64,000 nucleotides of DNA from a virus. Under the pieces are notes generated by a model that was not told the DNA's origin, ran no database searches, and saw nothing but the letters and a program-made list of their open reading frames with translations. The DNA is taken from the IMG/VR virus record IMGVR_UViG_3300048091_000425, one strand, 5' to 3'. Positions within the stretch are counted from its first letter, which is position 1. Each line of letters opens with the position of its first letter. Positions 10,323-20,807 of the stretch are shown here, one piece after another. The translations under genes and the position numbers were made by a program.

Positions 10323-10622
10323 GTGCAAGTCATCGCCGGCAACACCCACCTGCTGTCATTACTCGACGAGGTGTCCAACGCCCTACTTACCCCCGCCCAA
10401 GGGGACAGTCATCGTGTGGTAGCGATCAACCGGTTGCTGCACCGCTGGCATTTACTGCACAGCGTGACGGATCTGGCCAGGCACCAGACCTGCTTGCTGG
10501 AGAGCCTGGCGCTGGCGGCCTGCCGGGGATTGTCTGGCGAGGCTGCTGACCTTACTCGCTCCCTCCTCAGTTTGCAGATCAACGTGTCGTATTACCGAAA
10601 CCGAGTGACCGCTTGGAAATAA
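10323..10622 (+). CDS. possible hypothetical protein
   Basis: 99-aa Leu-rich ORF filling the gap before rnb; weak RBS. Confidence 0.35.
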   Translation: MQVIAGNTHLLSLLDEVSNALLTPAQGDSHRVVAINRLLHRWHLLHSVTDLARHQTCLLESLALAACRGLSGEAADLTRSLLSLQINVSYYRNRVTAWK

Positions 10623-10754
10623 AGCCAATCGCCTGATCCAAAAGGGATTTTTGCCATCAATTGTCAAGCCTTCCAATTGATTTTTTTAACAATTGACGCA
10701 ATCATGGGGCATATGAATTTTTGCTGACCTTATGGGTTGGCCCAAAGGCCTCAC

Positions 10755-12737
10755 ATGCTCAAGAACAACCAAGTGCTGATGCAGCTGAAAGCCGGTTTTA
10801 CCGCGACCGTCAGCTCCACCTCCAGCGTTAGTCAAAGTGCCCCAACACTGGTCACAGGCATCGTGCGCGGCACCCGCAAGGACTATGGTTTCCTCAAATG
10901 TGCCGACGGCACCGACCACTTCCTGCCACCACCACAGATGAGCCGTTGCTTTCATGGCGATGTCGTGGAAGCCGAGATCATTGATAATCACAGCGGCGAC
11001 GGCAAGACCGAGGCCTGCATTCTGCGCATCGTTGAGTCCTCGATCTCTGGCTTCGTCGGCGTCGTGCGCAACAAGGGCCACAACCCCTACATCCAGCCGG
11101 AGAACCCCAACCTCAAACGGGACTTTCTGATCCCGCGCATTAAGCGTGGCAGAGAGCGTGAAGGCGACTTCGTCTGGGCCCGCGTGATCAAGCACCCGTT
11201 TGAGGATGGTGGCTGCCACGCTGAAGTAGAAGCCGTCATTTGCAGTGATCGTGATCGCCAGGCACCTTGGAAAGTGGCCAGTGCCCGCAACGGCCTCAAG
11301 CACGAAGCACCGCCCTTCGATCACGACGAGATCCAGGCCCTTAATCTGACGGACGACGTTACGGGTGACGAGAGCTTTGACTGGCGCCATGAATGCCTGG
11401 TGACCATCGACGGCGAGAACAGTCGCGACCTCGACGACGCCGTCATGGCCAAGCGTTCCGGTACCGACATTCTGCTGACGGTGGCCATTGCCGACCCTGC
11501 CCGCTTTCTGATTGAAGACGGCATCATGGATCGGGAAGCACGCTTGCGCTGCTTTACCACCTACTACCCAGGCATGAGCCTGCCGATGCTGTCGAAGGTG
11601 ATTTCCGAACAGGGCGCCTCGCTCGTCGCCGGCGAAGACCGTTCAAGCGTCTGCTGCAACATGATCATCAATGAAGCGGGCGAGATCACCGACTCGTACT
11701 TCTTCCTGGCCACCATCAACTCCAAGGCCAAGCTGTCCTATGAAGCCGTACAGGCGTTCCTGGACGGCGACCGCAGCGCTTGCCCTAATCATGTAGCGGA
11801 TGTGCTGGAATGCCTCAATGAGGTCGGCCTACGCCGCAGGAACTGGCGTAACAGCCACGCCCTGGCCTCCAGCCGTTATAAGGACTACACCTTCGTGGTA
11901 GAAGACTTTGCGCTGAAGTCCGTGCGCCCGTCCGTCCAGCTCCAATCCAACCGCCTGGTTGAAGAGTGCATGATCGCGGCCAACTTCAGTTTCGCTCAGT
12001 ACATGAAGCTCCACGGCATGCCGTGCGTTTACCGCCGCCACGACGGCTTCAAGCCAGAACGGCTGGAAGAGCTGGTGCTATTGCTGGCTGAGCATGGGGT
12101 TACCACGACCGCCGAGAACCTGGTGGGATTCGAGGGTTACCGCGAAGTCATGAGGACGGTGCTGGCGCTGGAAAACCCGGCGCTGGAGCAGCTGCTGATC
12201 GGCTTCTACGCCAAAAGCCGGCACTCCACCGAGTTCGGGCCGCACTACTCCCTCGGTCTTGATGGATATGCGACCTTCACCTCGCCGATCCGCAAGTACA
12301 GTGACCTGATGAACCACCGGTCGCTGAAAGCCCTGTTGCGCAATCAAGCCACCACCGTACAGACGTTCACGCCTGAGATGATGGAATTACTGGATGAAAA
12401 GTTCTCGGCCACCGACCGGGCTGCACGTGATGTGCAGAATGACCTCTACATCCAGCTGTACCAGGGCAAGATCGGCGAGCAATTCGACGCGGTGGTGACC
12501 GGGGTGATGCCGGCTGGCGTGAAAGCTGAGATCATTGAAACCGGCGCCCCGGTATTTCTCTCGACCCGCACGCTGGGACGCAAGTATGACGTCTTTGAGG
12601 TCAGTCAGGATGGCATGAGCCTGCTCAAGAAGGGCCACCCCATTGCCAAGATTGGTCAGGAGCTCAAGATCATCATCAACCTGATCGACATTCCTGGCCG
12701 CTCCATCAACGCCACCCTGCCGGCTGCCGAAGCTTAA
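10755..12737 (+). CDS. rnb: exoribonuclease II (RNB family 3'-5' exoribonuclease)
   Basis: N-terminal MLKNNQVLMQLK and GIVRGTRKDYGFL cold-shock domain; catalytic TIDGENSRDLDDA; YATFTSPIRKYSDLMNHR RNB signature; C-terminal S1-like domain; about 660 aa. Confidence 0.9.
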   Translation: MLKNNQVLMQLKAGFTATVSSTSSVSQSAPTLVTGIVRGTRKDYGFLKCADGTDHFLPPPQMSRCFHGDVVEAEIIDNHSGDGKTEACILRIVESSISGFVGVVRNKGHNPYIQPENPNLKRDFLIPRIKRGREREGDFVWARVIKHPFEDGGCHAEVEAVICSDRDRQAPWKVASARNGLKHEAPPFDHDEIQALNLTDDVTGDESFDWRHECLVTIDGENSRDLDDAVMAKRSGTDILLTVAIADPARFLIEDGIMDREARLRCFTTYYPGMSLPMLSKVISEQGASLVAGEDRSSVCCNMIINEAGEITDSYFFLATINSKAKLSYEAVQAFLDGDRSACPNHVADVLECLNEVGLRRRNWRNSHALASSRYKDYTFVVEDFALKSVRPSVQLQSNRLVEECMIAANFSFAQYMKLHGMPCVYRRHDGFKPERLEELVLLLAEHGVTTTAENLVGFEGYREVMRTVLALENPALEQLLIGFYAKSRHSTEFGPHYSLGLDGYATFTSPIRKYSDLMNHRSLKALLRNQATTVQTFTPEMMELLDEKFSATDRAARDVQNDLYIQLYQGKIGEQFDAVVTGVMPAGVKAEIIETGAPVFLSTRTLGRKYDVFEVSQDGMSLLKKGHPIAKIGQELKIIINLIDIPGRSINATLPAAEA

Positions 12738-12746
12738 GCCATCGCC

Positions 12747-12778
12747 AAAGCCCCCTGACGCTGTTCAGGGGGCTCTTC
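12747..12778 (+). terminator. intrinsic terminator after rnb
   Basis: AGCCCCCTGA / TCAGGGGGCT 10-bp stem, short T tail. Confidence 0.6.
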
Positions 12779-12880
12779 CCTCCGCTCTGACCCTCGCCCA
12801 GTCCCTGTCAATAAATGCCCATTGTTCCAACTCTGGCTCCCTCAATATGATGGAAGTATCTCAGTTAGGAAGAGTGGTTT

Positions 12881-13180
12881 ATGAAAGCCGAACTCACACC
12901 CCGCTTGGTTGCCCTGATGGACTCATCTGCCCAGTGCGCCAAGGTTGCTTTGCGCGCTTTGGCCAGGGGCGCCATCGATATCGATGACTTCAAGACCATT
13001 GTTGCGCGCTTGAGCGTGATCGAGAGCCGCTCAATTCTGCTCATCGCCTGCCTGAATGTGGAGGAAGTTAAAGCTGACTTCACCGAAATCAGCCTGCCCG
13101 ATGAAATCGAGTTCATGGGTGCTGCCGAGGTTTTTCTAACTGAAATTCAAGCGATGATGGATGAGGCGTCTGAACAATGA
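12881..13180 (+). CDS. hypothetical protein
   Basis: 99-aa ORF; ATGA overlap with the next gene. Confidence 0.7.
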   Translation: MKAELTPRLVALMDSSAQCAKVALRALARGAIDIDDFKTIVARLSVIESRSILLIACLNVEEVKADFTEISLPDEIEFMGAAEVFLTEIQAMMDEASEQ

Positions 13181-14043
13181 GTACAACCCTGTTTAAGAAA
13201 TCGCTCCAGGCCGCCACTGACGTCTTTGACGGGGTGGCCGCAAGAACCTTTGATTCCTACGACAAGGCCAGTCAGTTTGTGTCGGACTACAACGAATTGA
13301 CCAGAGCCCAGGACTACACCGGCGCTAAACGGATCTTCGACAAGCTCTCCGACATCTTCGGTAAGTACAAATTCGTCGGCGACATCCCGTTCATCAAAGA
13401 CCCGGCAGCGGCTGCCGATTGGTTTTCCGAAACTGTCGGCAGCATCGCCGTGGTGCAGCAATTCAAGAACGCCATGAAGCACTATAAGCTCTTCTCGCTG
13501 GGCACCATTGCCGGCGCGAGCGCCTTGAACACGCTTGCCCCGAATTTGTTCTCAGACATCGCTCTCCTGCTCAATAATGCCGGCATTCCTTATTATGTCA
13601 CGGCGCTTACAGGCGTATCGCTACTCGTGTTGGCACCCGGAATGATCACCGGCAGCAAGACCCTGAAGATGAAATCGTATGCCGATTTTGATCCCGCAAC
13701 GTGCGAACCGGACTTCTCAGCTAAAGAAGTCAGCGCCATCAGCGAGGGTCTGAAAAACGGACGGTCTGAGTCGAAAATGGTGAGTCAGCTGTCTGGTGAG
13801 CAGAAGGACACGATCATAGGCCTCGCCAAAAGATTGCGAGAGGACTTCTTTGTGCCTGAACATCTGGCCACGACAGCGGTATTGACCATGCTGGTTGAAA
13901 AAGAAGGCAAATCCGAGGCCGTTAAGGCCATGTTCAACTGCCGCATCATGAGCCGCGACCTGATCACCCGCTTTGAAATTGATCCGCTGAGTACCGTGGG
14001 TGGAAAACCCGTACCGGATGATGAGTTCGGCCTCAGGTTCTGA
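13177..14043 (+). CDS. hypothetical membrane protein
   Basis: 288 aa, central hydrophobic segments; ends PDDEFGLRF (loose resemblance to the DLGL tail). Confidence 0.75.
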   Translation: MSTTLFKKSLQAATDVFDGVAARTFDSYDKASQFVSDYNELTRAQDYTGAKRIFDKLSDIFGKYKFVGDIPFIKDPAAAADWFSETVGSIAVVQQFKNAMKHYKLFSLGTIAGASALNTLAPNLFSDIALLLNNAGIPYYVTALTGVSLLVLAPGMITGSKTLKMKSYADFDPATCEPDFSAKEVSAISEGLKNGRSESKMVSQLSGEQKDTIIGLAKRLREDFFVPEHLATTAVLTMLVEKEGKSEAVKAMFNCRIMSRDLITRFEIDPLSTVGGKPVPDDEFGLRF

Positions 14044-14084
14044 CTCGACGAAAAGCCGCCCCGCCCCACGGTGGCGGCTTACCT

Positions 14085-15560
14085 TCAAAGGCCGAGGTCT
14101 TGGCCGAACAGCTCCCCTCTCACCACCAAGCTTTTGACCATCTGCAGGTACTGGGTGTCATTCGTCACCTTGTACAAGAATGACAGCACCTTGTCCTCTG
14201 GGTCGTGCTCTTCGGCCCAGGCCCTGATCTTGTGTTTCGGCTGGCAGAACAACACTGCCAGCAGGTTTGGGGATGTTGAGCACTGCTCAGGGGTGTAAAG
14301 CTTGGCAATCCATTCGAGCAGACCATCCTCGGGGGTCTCCATGATCGCCGCGTGGCTCTCGGTACCTCGCTCACACAGGCACGCCGTAGCCATCTGCTTC
14401 ACTGGGCAGACAGTGTCTTCCAACTCCATGAACACGACCAGGATATTGCGGGTGACATCGACAAGCTCTAGTCCAGATTCACGTGTTAGTTTCTTGGCCG
14501 ACGCTTGCCCACTAGTGATGAATTGTTTGGAACACGACGCCAGCGCACGGAGCGCACTTTGGTAAGCCGGGCTGTTCACCACATCCCTCTGTAGCGCAGC
14601 GTTCTTAACCCACTCAGCTGATTGTTGAAAGCAGTCCTGCACCGCTGATTGCCAGGCTTGAGCATTGCCGTGCGCATATTCATACAGATCCAGCACCTGT
14701 CCCTTTTCGAACGGGTGTTCAGACTTCAGCAGACTTTCAAAGCGCTTGTGAATCTCCTGGCGCTCCGGAAAAGGACTTAAGCCTATGGCGCTGCGATAGG
14801 CCCTGGCGTCCTGGAGTCCCATTGCCTCTACATGCTGATTCGCAGCGAGAACTGGTGGGCTGGCGCGCAAATACTCCGCAAACACCGCATCATCTTCCTG
14901 GCCAAGTACCACGGCCTGGATCACAGGAGTCTGATAGTTCTTAAAGGCACCGAGGATCAATTCTTGCAGATGTTTCCCCATGAGCTTAGTGAAAAAACCA
15001 AGCGACCTGACTTTCCCGCTGGGGCTGGTCAGTGAAACCACCTGCTCAGATTCTGATTTGGTACTGTGGAGTCTGTAGAAGGCAGTCCCAAACGCTTGCT
15101 CTGAATTGATCGCCTGCATCATCACATCGCCCCTCAGAAAAGCCTGCTTCATGCCTTCCAGGAGCTCATCCAGGCGCTCGTGCTCTTGACTGATGGCGAA
15201 ACCAACGTGGCGACCAAAAGCCTTTGTGTGGAGCTGTAATGGCGTGCAGCCCCAGTACAGAACTGATCGTGGCACCGGGTAAGGCTCGCTAAGCGCCACG
15301 GCGAGGCTAATGCTGTGATCGATATACGCATCAAGGCTCGGGAAGCTCAGCGCGTGTAACACCACCTTCCGGGACAGATCTATTTGCGTGAGTGCCAGTG
15401 GGCCATAAGCCAAATCATCCACGGGCAGTGGCATGTGCTGCTCAGGATGGAACGCAAGTCCGTTGAGCGAATCGTCCACTGAAATGATGTAATTGTCTTT
15501 GCTGACCGGGTAGCCGTCCATCCCCTCGTGGCCATGTGGAATCCTGCTGGCGTTGGTCAT
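14085..15560 (-). CDS. DLGL-tail protein
   Basis: 491 aa ending ELFGQDLGL*; only the last about 40 aa resemble the neighbours. Confidence 0.85.
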   Translation of the reverse strand: MTNASRIPHGHEGMDGYPVSKDNYIISVDDSLNGLAFHPEQHMPLPVDDLAYGPLALTQIDLSRKVVLHALSFPSLDAYIDHSISLAVALSEPYPVPRSVLYWGCTPLQLHTKAFGRHVGFAISQEHERLDELLEGMKQAFLRGDVMMQAINSEQAFGTAFYRLHSTKSESEQVVSLTSPSGKVRSLGFFTKLMGKHLQELILGAFKNYQTPVIQAVVLGQEDDAVFAEYLRASPPVLAANQHVEAMGLQDARAYRSAIGLSPFPERQEIHKRFESLLKSEHPFEKGQVLDLYEYAHGNAQAWQSAVQDCFQQSAEWVKNAALQRDVVNSPAYQSALRALASCSKQFITSGQASAKKLTRESGLELVDVTRNILVVFMELEDTVCPVKQMATACLCERGTESHAAIMETPEDGLLEWIAKLYTPEQCSTSPNLLAVLFCQPKHKIRAWAEEHDPEDKVLSFLYKVTNDTQYLQMVKSLVVRGELFGQDLGL

Positions 15561-15577
15561 GCACTACCTCAGTAAAT

Positions 15578-16759
15578 TCAAATGCCCAGATCTTTGGAAA
15601 ACGCCTTGCCTCGCTCTTTTACGCTCATCGCGTGAACATAGCGCGGTTCCCCGGTCGCCTCATGCAGGGATCGCAACAGCTTCTCTTTTTGCGGGTGCGC
15701 GAGCACTGCCTCGAGCGGTGCCGTCGACAATAACGGCAAATAGCCTGGTCTGGAAAGCTTGCTGGCGCAAACCGCAACCATGGCCGGGTAATCGCGTGGG
15801 CCGTCACGCCGATCAAGGTAGCCAAGCCGGCCATAGTGCCCCGCCAGGAATCCCTCGTAGCAATCAATGCCAGCCTTGATCATCCGCATGATCAGCAGAT
15901 TCGCGTTTATGAATTCGGCGTTCCCAAGCTTCATCACCTGCTCGATAAACTCCACCGGCGCTCGCTGGATCAGATTGACGTCGAAAAACTGCTCAAGAAA
16001 CCCCAGCCTCTGCGCTGTGGTGTACGGGACATATCCCAGAAACTTCCCGTCGACCTCATGACTATAGCTATCGACGTTGATGAAACTGGCCAACAGCGTC
16101 TGCCAATAGCCATCGAGTGAGGTGCTGGTCGTCGGCGGCTGGGCATGGTTCTCAGCGTTGTATTGCGCCGCCACTCGGTCGACCTTCACACCTTCCGCAC
16201 TCAACTTTGAAATACAGTTGATGACCCATGCTGGCGTGAGATGGCTGTCCGCCCCCTTTAGGGAACACAGCCACTGGGCCGCCTCCAGATCATCATGTTG
16301 GAGTGCAGACTTGCAGAACTCGCGGGCGTACAGTGGCTTCTTGACCAGCTCACCAACCGCTTGAGGTGATCGAAAACCGCCGTCACCGCCGCGACACAGC
16401 TGAGCTTTCATGTACACGTGCTTAGGAGTGAGCATCGACGTGATTTTCAATGCAGCTTTATGCTTGATCAGGTAATCGAACGCCAGATCTGTCCCGTGCG
16501 GGTCAGCCAGGCCAAAAATCACAGCAGCTTGCAGGCAGCCCAGATGCCCATGCCAGGACTTGGCGCCATTCTTCAGGTGCTCGTCTTTCAGCACGTCCAG
16601 CAACCACAGAACATCCTTCGCGCCATAACCCGCAGTGTCGAGCACGAGCATGGCCCTGAAACAAAGTTCAGCCTTGGCCACCCAGGTGTAGGGGTTAGCG
16701 TCGTAAGCACTGCCTAAGGCCCCGCTGAGAATCGCTTTAGCCCTGTTGAAGTCGGTCAT
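15578..16759 (-). CDS. DLGL-tail protein, paralog group B
   Basis: ATG 16759 overlaps upstream TGA with an AGGAG RBS; ends KAFSKDLGI*; paralog of 16756-17958. Confidence 0.85.
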   Translation of the reverse strand: MTDFNRAKAILSGALGSAYDANPYTWVAKAELCFRAMLVLDTAGYGAKDVLWLLDVLKDEHLKNGAKSWHGHLGCLQAAVIFGLADPHGTDLAFDYLIKHKAALKITSMLTPKHVYMKAQLCRGGDGGFRSPQAVGELVKKPLYAREFCKSALQHDDLEAAQWLCSLKGADSHLTPAWVINCISKLSAEGVKVDRVAAQYNAENHAQPPTTSTSLDGYWQTLLASFINVDSYSHEVDGKFLGYVPYTTAQRLGFLEQFFDVNLIQRAPVEFIEQVMKLGNAEFINANLLIMRMIKAGIDCYEGFLAGHYGRLGYLDRRDGPRDYPAMVAVCASKLSRPGYLPLLSTAPLEAVLAHPQKEKLLRSLHEATGEPRYVHAMSVKERGKAFSKDLGI

Positions 16760-17958
16760 AGCCCAATATCTCCTGAAAATGCCTTGGCCCGCCCAATGAG
16801 GCTCATGTGTCGAACACACTCCGTATCCTCAGACAGCTTGTAAACCAGATCCAGGAGCAGATCCTTTTCCTTGTGGCCGGCGATGATCTCGGGCGCCAGC
16901 GTGGCCAGAATGCCGAGGTAGCCACGCCTGTGCTTGTTGGAATAGCAGATGTTCACGATCTCAGGTTCCGTCAGGCAGAAGTCGGGATGCTCAAGCATGT
17001 AGAAGCGCCCATGGTTTGCCATCAAAAAACCCCTTGCCGTAGGCAGCCCTGCCCTGTGCATCCCATAGATAAAAGCGTTGACCGGGTCTTTCTCGAAATT
17101 GGAGGTCGTCATCAGCAGGTGCACGAACTCATCCGGGGCTTTGCGCAGCATCTGCACGTTGAAAATCGCGTCCAGAGTTTGCTGGGGCTGTCGATTTTTA
17201 CCCTGTAACAAAGGACTGTCGACCACCAACTTGGCATAGTCCTCAAGGCTCATTCTGGTAATGGCGTTGATCAGCGTTAGGTCTTCGGTGCGATGCCCAT
17301 CACTGATCAGTCGGTTGTTCACCACCTTGACGTGATCGGCGAGGAAGGCTTGCGGTAGGTGCTTGGCCATTTGGGGTATGGAAAGCAGATGCTGCACAGC
17401 CTGCAGGTCATCAGCAGCCATAGCAGAATCGCAGAACATCCTCGCAATGGTCTGGTTGCGAGGGAATAGCAAAAATGCCTCTGGCTCTCTCAGCACACCG
17501 ACGCTGTACCTGCAGAGATTGAGTTTACGCTGATTTCTCAGGCTGTCCTTGTGACCAAACCCGTACAACATTCCCTTGAAATTGACGGATGAGTTTTTGC
17601 CGCGCATCAGCAGGTCGAACACTGCGTCGACAAAACTCGGGTTGATCAGCATTTGATTGAGTATGACCGATACGCCCCAACCCCAATCTGGCTCTTTATT
17701 TATGTCGGTGAAGATCATGGGGCTTAATGGTTTGGCTTTCTCTTTGAAGCTTTCAATCAACCCCAAAGGTAGCCCCAGGGCATAGGCGCGTTGAAAAAAG
17801 AACGTTACGTCGTCAAAACTTGAGTTTAAATTGGCCAACATCGTCAGCAGTGGAAATGCCTTCTTACGCTCGCGGCGATAGTAGATCTCGAAGATCAGAT
17901 CTTGGATATGAAGCCCCGTGGTTTCTTCAACCAATGCGCAGAAATCGGCATTTTCCAC
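16756..17958 (-). CDS. DLGL-tail protein, paralog group B
   Basis: 400 aa ending KAFSGDIGL*; shares FCxSAxxxDDLxAxQxL and GFLxxxxGR blocks with the neighbour. Confidence 0.85.
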   Translation of the reverse strand: MENADFCALVEETTGLHIQDLIFEIYYRRERKKAFPLLTMLANLNSSFDDVTFFFQRAYALGLPLGLIESFKEKAKPLSPMIFTDINKEPDWGWGVSVILNQMLINPSFVDAVFDLLMRGKNSSVNFKGMLYGFGHKDSLRNQRKLNLCRYSVGVLREPEAFLLFPRNQTIARMFCDSAMAADDLQAVQHLLSIPQMAKHLPQAFLADHVKVVNNRLISDGHRTEDLTLINAITRMSLEDYAKLVVDSPLLQGKNRQPQQTLDAIFNVQMLRKAPDEFVHLLMTTSNFEKDPVNAFIYGMHRAGLPTARGFLMANHGRFYMLEHPDFCLTEPEIVNICYSNKHRRGYLGILATLAPEIIAGHKEKDLLLDLVYKLSEDTECVRHMSLIGRAKAFSGDIGL

Positions 17959-18195
17959 ACTGATGACCTCTAAAGTGCTACCTGACTGGCCGCAGTTTAG
18001 AGGAAATGAGCTCTGACAAATAGGTCAAGTACAGGTTGGCCGGCAGCGAATGGCTTGCCACCGCCAGTCAGGATGCTGGTCGAAGGCTGTGAAGCCGACG
18101 GTTGGTTTGGGCACAAAAAAAGCTCCTTGCTCTGCTGTTCAGGCATAACAAAGGAGCTTTATTGACAGCCAAAGAAACAATTGAGAAAAATCAGG

Positions 18196-19185
18196 TCAGT
18201 CGAGGAGACCGCTCTGGCCGCTGCCATCGTTATTGGTCAATATGTAGGTGTAGATCTTACGGGCCGAGGCGACTCCCAGTGGACTACCCTCCTCATCAAC
18301 CACCACAACCAGCGGAATCTTGGTCTCTTTCATCCTTACCATCACGTCGATCAGCTTCTCACCGGCGTCGGCCAAAATGATTTGCCGACAAATGTCAGCG
18401 ACGTTACCGCCCTTTCCCGATATCAGCCGGCCTGCCAGGTCGTTGTAGAACATGAGCCCGACGAGCTCTTTGTGGTGCGTTACCAGGATTCGCTTGCCGT
18501 AGTAGTGCTGAGCCAGCTCGCGGCAGTCCTCCAGCGTGCTCTCCAAGTGCACCGACGGCAGATCAGCAGGCTCCAGCACATCACTGATGCGGTACTGCTT
18601 GATCCTGAACACGTTCTGGAGCATGCCGCGCTCGGATTTCCCAAGCAGGCCTTCGGAGTGGTAGTAGTTGATCGTGCTTTTGAGCTCATTCAGGTTCATT
18701 TTCCGCTTTTTGTTCAGGCGGAACAGCTTTACCCAGAACAGGGTCATGAACACCATGGGCATCGCAACGAAATAAATGATCCTGGCCAGCCAGGCGAAAT
18801 GGGTCAGGATCTTTTCGTAGTGGTTGCTGGCCAGGGTTTTTGGCAAGGTTCGAGCAAACACCAGGTTGGCGTAGGTCAGCACCAACATGAAAATGGCCAC
18901 CTGGCTGCCAGACAACGCTTTGTAAGCCATGACCCCGAGCACCGAGTTGGCGGCCACGCCCTGGAACGTCATAAACACCATCGACGCGGCCATATGCTTG
19001 TCGCGTTTCGCGGCGATTCTTTTGAGCCATTTCTTAGTGCGAGCTTTTAGTGTTGGCTGCTCTATAAGTATGCTCATTTTGATATCATCGGCGATAAGCA
19101 ACGCCGTATCCACACTGCTAAAAAGTGCGGACAAGGCGAGAATGCCAATTGATGCCATAACCAGTATGGCGAGTTCCGTTGTCAT
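18196..19185 (-). CDS. CNNM (DUF21) transmembrane + CBS-pair protein (CorC/TlyC-like)
   Basis: LSALFSSVDTAL DUF21 start, RTLPKTLA motif, C-terminal CBS-like VVVVDEEGSPLGVAS. Confidence 0.8.
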   Translation of the reverse strand: MTTELAILVMASIGILALSALFSSVDTALLIADDIKMSILIEQPTLKARTKKWLKRIAAKRDKHMAASMVFMTFQGVAANSVLGVMAYKALSGSQVAIFMLVLTYANLVFARTLPKTLASNHYEKILTHFAWLARIIYFVAMPMVFMTLFWVKLFRLNKKRKMNLNELKSTINYYHSEGLLGKSERGMLQNVFRIKQYRISDVLEPADLPSVHLESTLEDCRELAQHYYGKRILVTHHKELVGLMFYNDLAGRLISGKGGNVADICRQIILADAGEKLIDVMVRMKETKIPLVVVVDEEGSPLGVASARKIYTYILTNNDGSGQSGLLD

Positions 19186-19308
19186 GTCGTTTGGGTAACT
19201 CAGAGAGAAATCGATCAACCTGAGATTCTATGTTAAATGTCAGTTTGATGAAATATGAATTAACTTTTTTGATAACTTCTCAAGTATCAAACTGACATCA
19301 AACAACAA

Positions 19309-19795
19309 GGCATCTGTCCACATTAAGAGCGGCTGGCGCTTCGAGATACCAGGATCTTGCTACCCGCGACGAGCGGACAATCTAGATGTCCACATTAACG
19401 GAAGGCTGGAGCCCCCGGTTTACGTGGCCTGCAGGGGTGTGGGAGGGTTCAACAAGGCAGATGTCCACATAAGCAGAGAAACTCAGTCCCTGCCTTCAGC
19501 GTGACAAAGCAGCCGATGGCTGCCGAGGTTAAAGGTTGCAGACCTTGGCAAGCAGCTCCTGGCTGACCGCCTTATTCGCCACCTGTTTCTCGATTTCGCG
19601 GTCGTATTCACGCTGGCGCTGGCGAGCTTGCTCAAGCCGAGCGTGGCCGGCGCTGTCCAGTTCGCGGATCTGAGACAGGTCGATCAGGGCTTTGAGGCTC
19701 ATGGGGGTCTCTCATGAAACGGCGTGGATGATTCAAATTACCACGGTGGATCACACGCAAACAACGTGGATTCGGCACACGGAATCTGTCCACAT
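19309..19795 (+). repeat. four iteron copies downstream of rep
   Basis: GTCCACAT cores at 19316, 19388, 19463, 19788, same orientation as the main array. Confidence 0.75.
19529..19702 (-). CDS. 57-aa helical small protein downstream of rep (below ORF-track cutoff)
   Basis: Manual translation MSLKALIDLSQIRELDSAGHARLEQARQRQREYDREIEKQVANKAVSQELLAKVCNL*; GAGAG RBS. Confidence 0.6.
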   Translation of the reverse strand: MSLKALIDLSQIRELDSAGHARLEQARQRQREYDREIEKQVANKAVSQELLAKVCNL

Positions 19796-19803
19796 TTGCC
19801 CTA

Positions 19804-20697
19804 TCAGTAGGTCGCTACGGGCTCTGCTCGGCGGCGCTCAGCAGTCAGCCGGGCAATCACTTCCTGAGTGGATTCACCAGGGCGAGCCGCCGCCATGATT
19901 TCCTTCTCGGTGATTGGCCCGCTCTTGCGCTTGCGTGGGGTCTTCGCCGGCTTTGGCGTCTCATCCTTCTCGGAGATCAAGCTTTCCTGAACCGGGTTCA
20001 TCGAGAAGTCCGCACGCTCGGCGTAGGAGACCTCAATGGCCACGATTTTGCGCCCTTCGCGCTTTGGCTGGAAACCCAGGATCTTGATGTCGGTGAGGTT
20101 GTGGATCATCTCCAGCGCCGGCTCAATCACGCGCTTTCTCAAGTCGGCGTAGAGCGGGTAGGCATCATCGAGGGCCAGACTGAAGCGAATGTCCTCAATG
20201 AATATCAACGCCGTTGGACTGCACTTGAACCGGTGCTTAACGATCAGCTCATACATGCGGAAGGCATGCGGGCTGGAGAGTCGGGCCACCGCGTTGAGGC
20301 TGTACTTCGTGAAGTTGCCTTGGAGGTCGACCAGATAGGGCAGGATATCCTTTGAGAAACGCAGCATCACCCGCCCTTCCCCGGCGATGTAGTCGGCGGT
20401 TTGTATCCAGCGGGTTTTACGCTCCCGGTCATTCATGCTGAGCAGGATCTTTCGGTCGAACAGCTGGTCAACAGCTTCCTTCAGGTCAGAGTAGGCGGCC
20501 ATCAGGCTGATACCACAGGTCTCTGCGAACTCACGGGCGGTGAAACCATACATCTCATCATCCGAAACCAGGGTGTTGCGGTCACGGTCGATTTTGGCGA
20601 TGCAGGTGAGAATGATTCGTGTCTCAGCCACCGTCAGTTTGTAGTTCGCAGTCATCAAATCGTTTGATTTGTAGACCTGAAGGTTTTGCGCGGTCAT
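19804..20697 (-). CDS. repB: plasmid replication initiator, Rep_3 (RepA/RepB) family
   Basis: VYKSNDLMTANYKLTVAETRIIL, RWIQTADY..GEG.V.LRFS..ILPYL..L...FTKY and YADLRKRVIEPA are Rep_3 hallmarks; flanked by iterons. Confidence 0.92.
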   Translation of the reverse strand: MTAQNLQVYKSNDLMTANYKLTVAETRIILTCIAKIDRDRNTLVSDDEMYGFTAREFAETCGISLMAAYSDLKEAVDQLFDRKILLSMNDRERKTRWIQTADYIAGEGRVMLRFSKDILPYLVDLQGNFTKYSLNAVARLSSPHAFRMYELIVKHRFKCSPTALIFIEDIRFSLALDDAYPLYADLRKRVIEPALEMIHNLTDIKILGFQPKREGRKIVAIEVSYAERADFSMNPVQESLISEKDETPKPAKTPRKRKSGPITEKEIMAAARPGESTQEVIARLTAERRRAEPVATY

Positions 20698-20807
20698 CTG
20701 GCCTTGTCCTTAAAGATTGCAGTACGACATTGCGCTGTAGGTTAGGGACGCATACGGGGAATGCCACCTTTTTCATTCATCGGAATAAACGATCTGACGA
20801 ATGGCCT

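Noticed and set aside
5870-16770. DNA-level (Shine-Dalgarno) explanation for the DLGL tail
   Set aside because: In two coupled junctions the tail codons do supply AAGGA/AGGAG for the next gene, but the motif is equally present in last or isolated genes (4311, 14085, 26535) with different synonymous codons.
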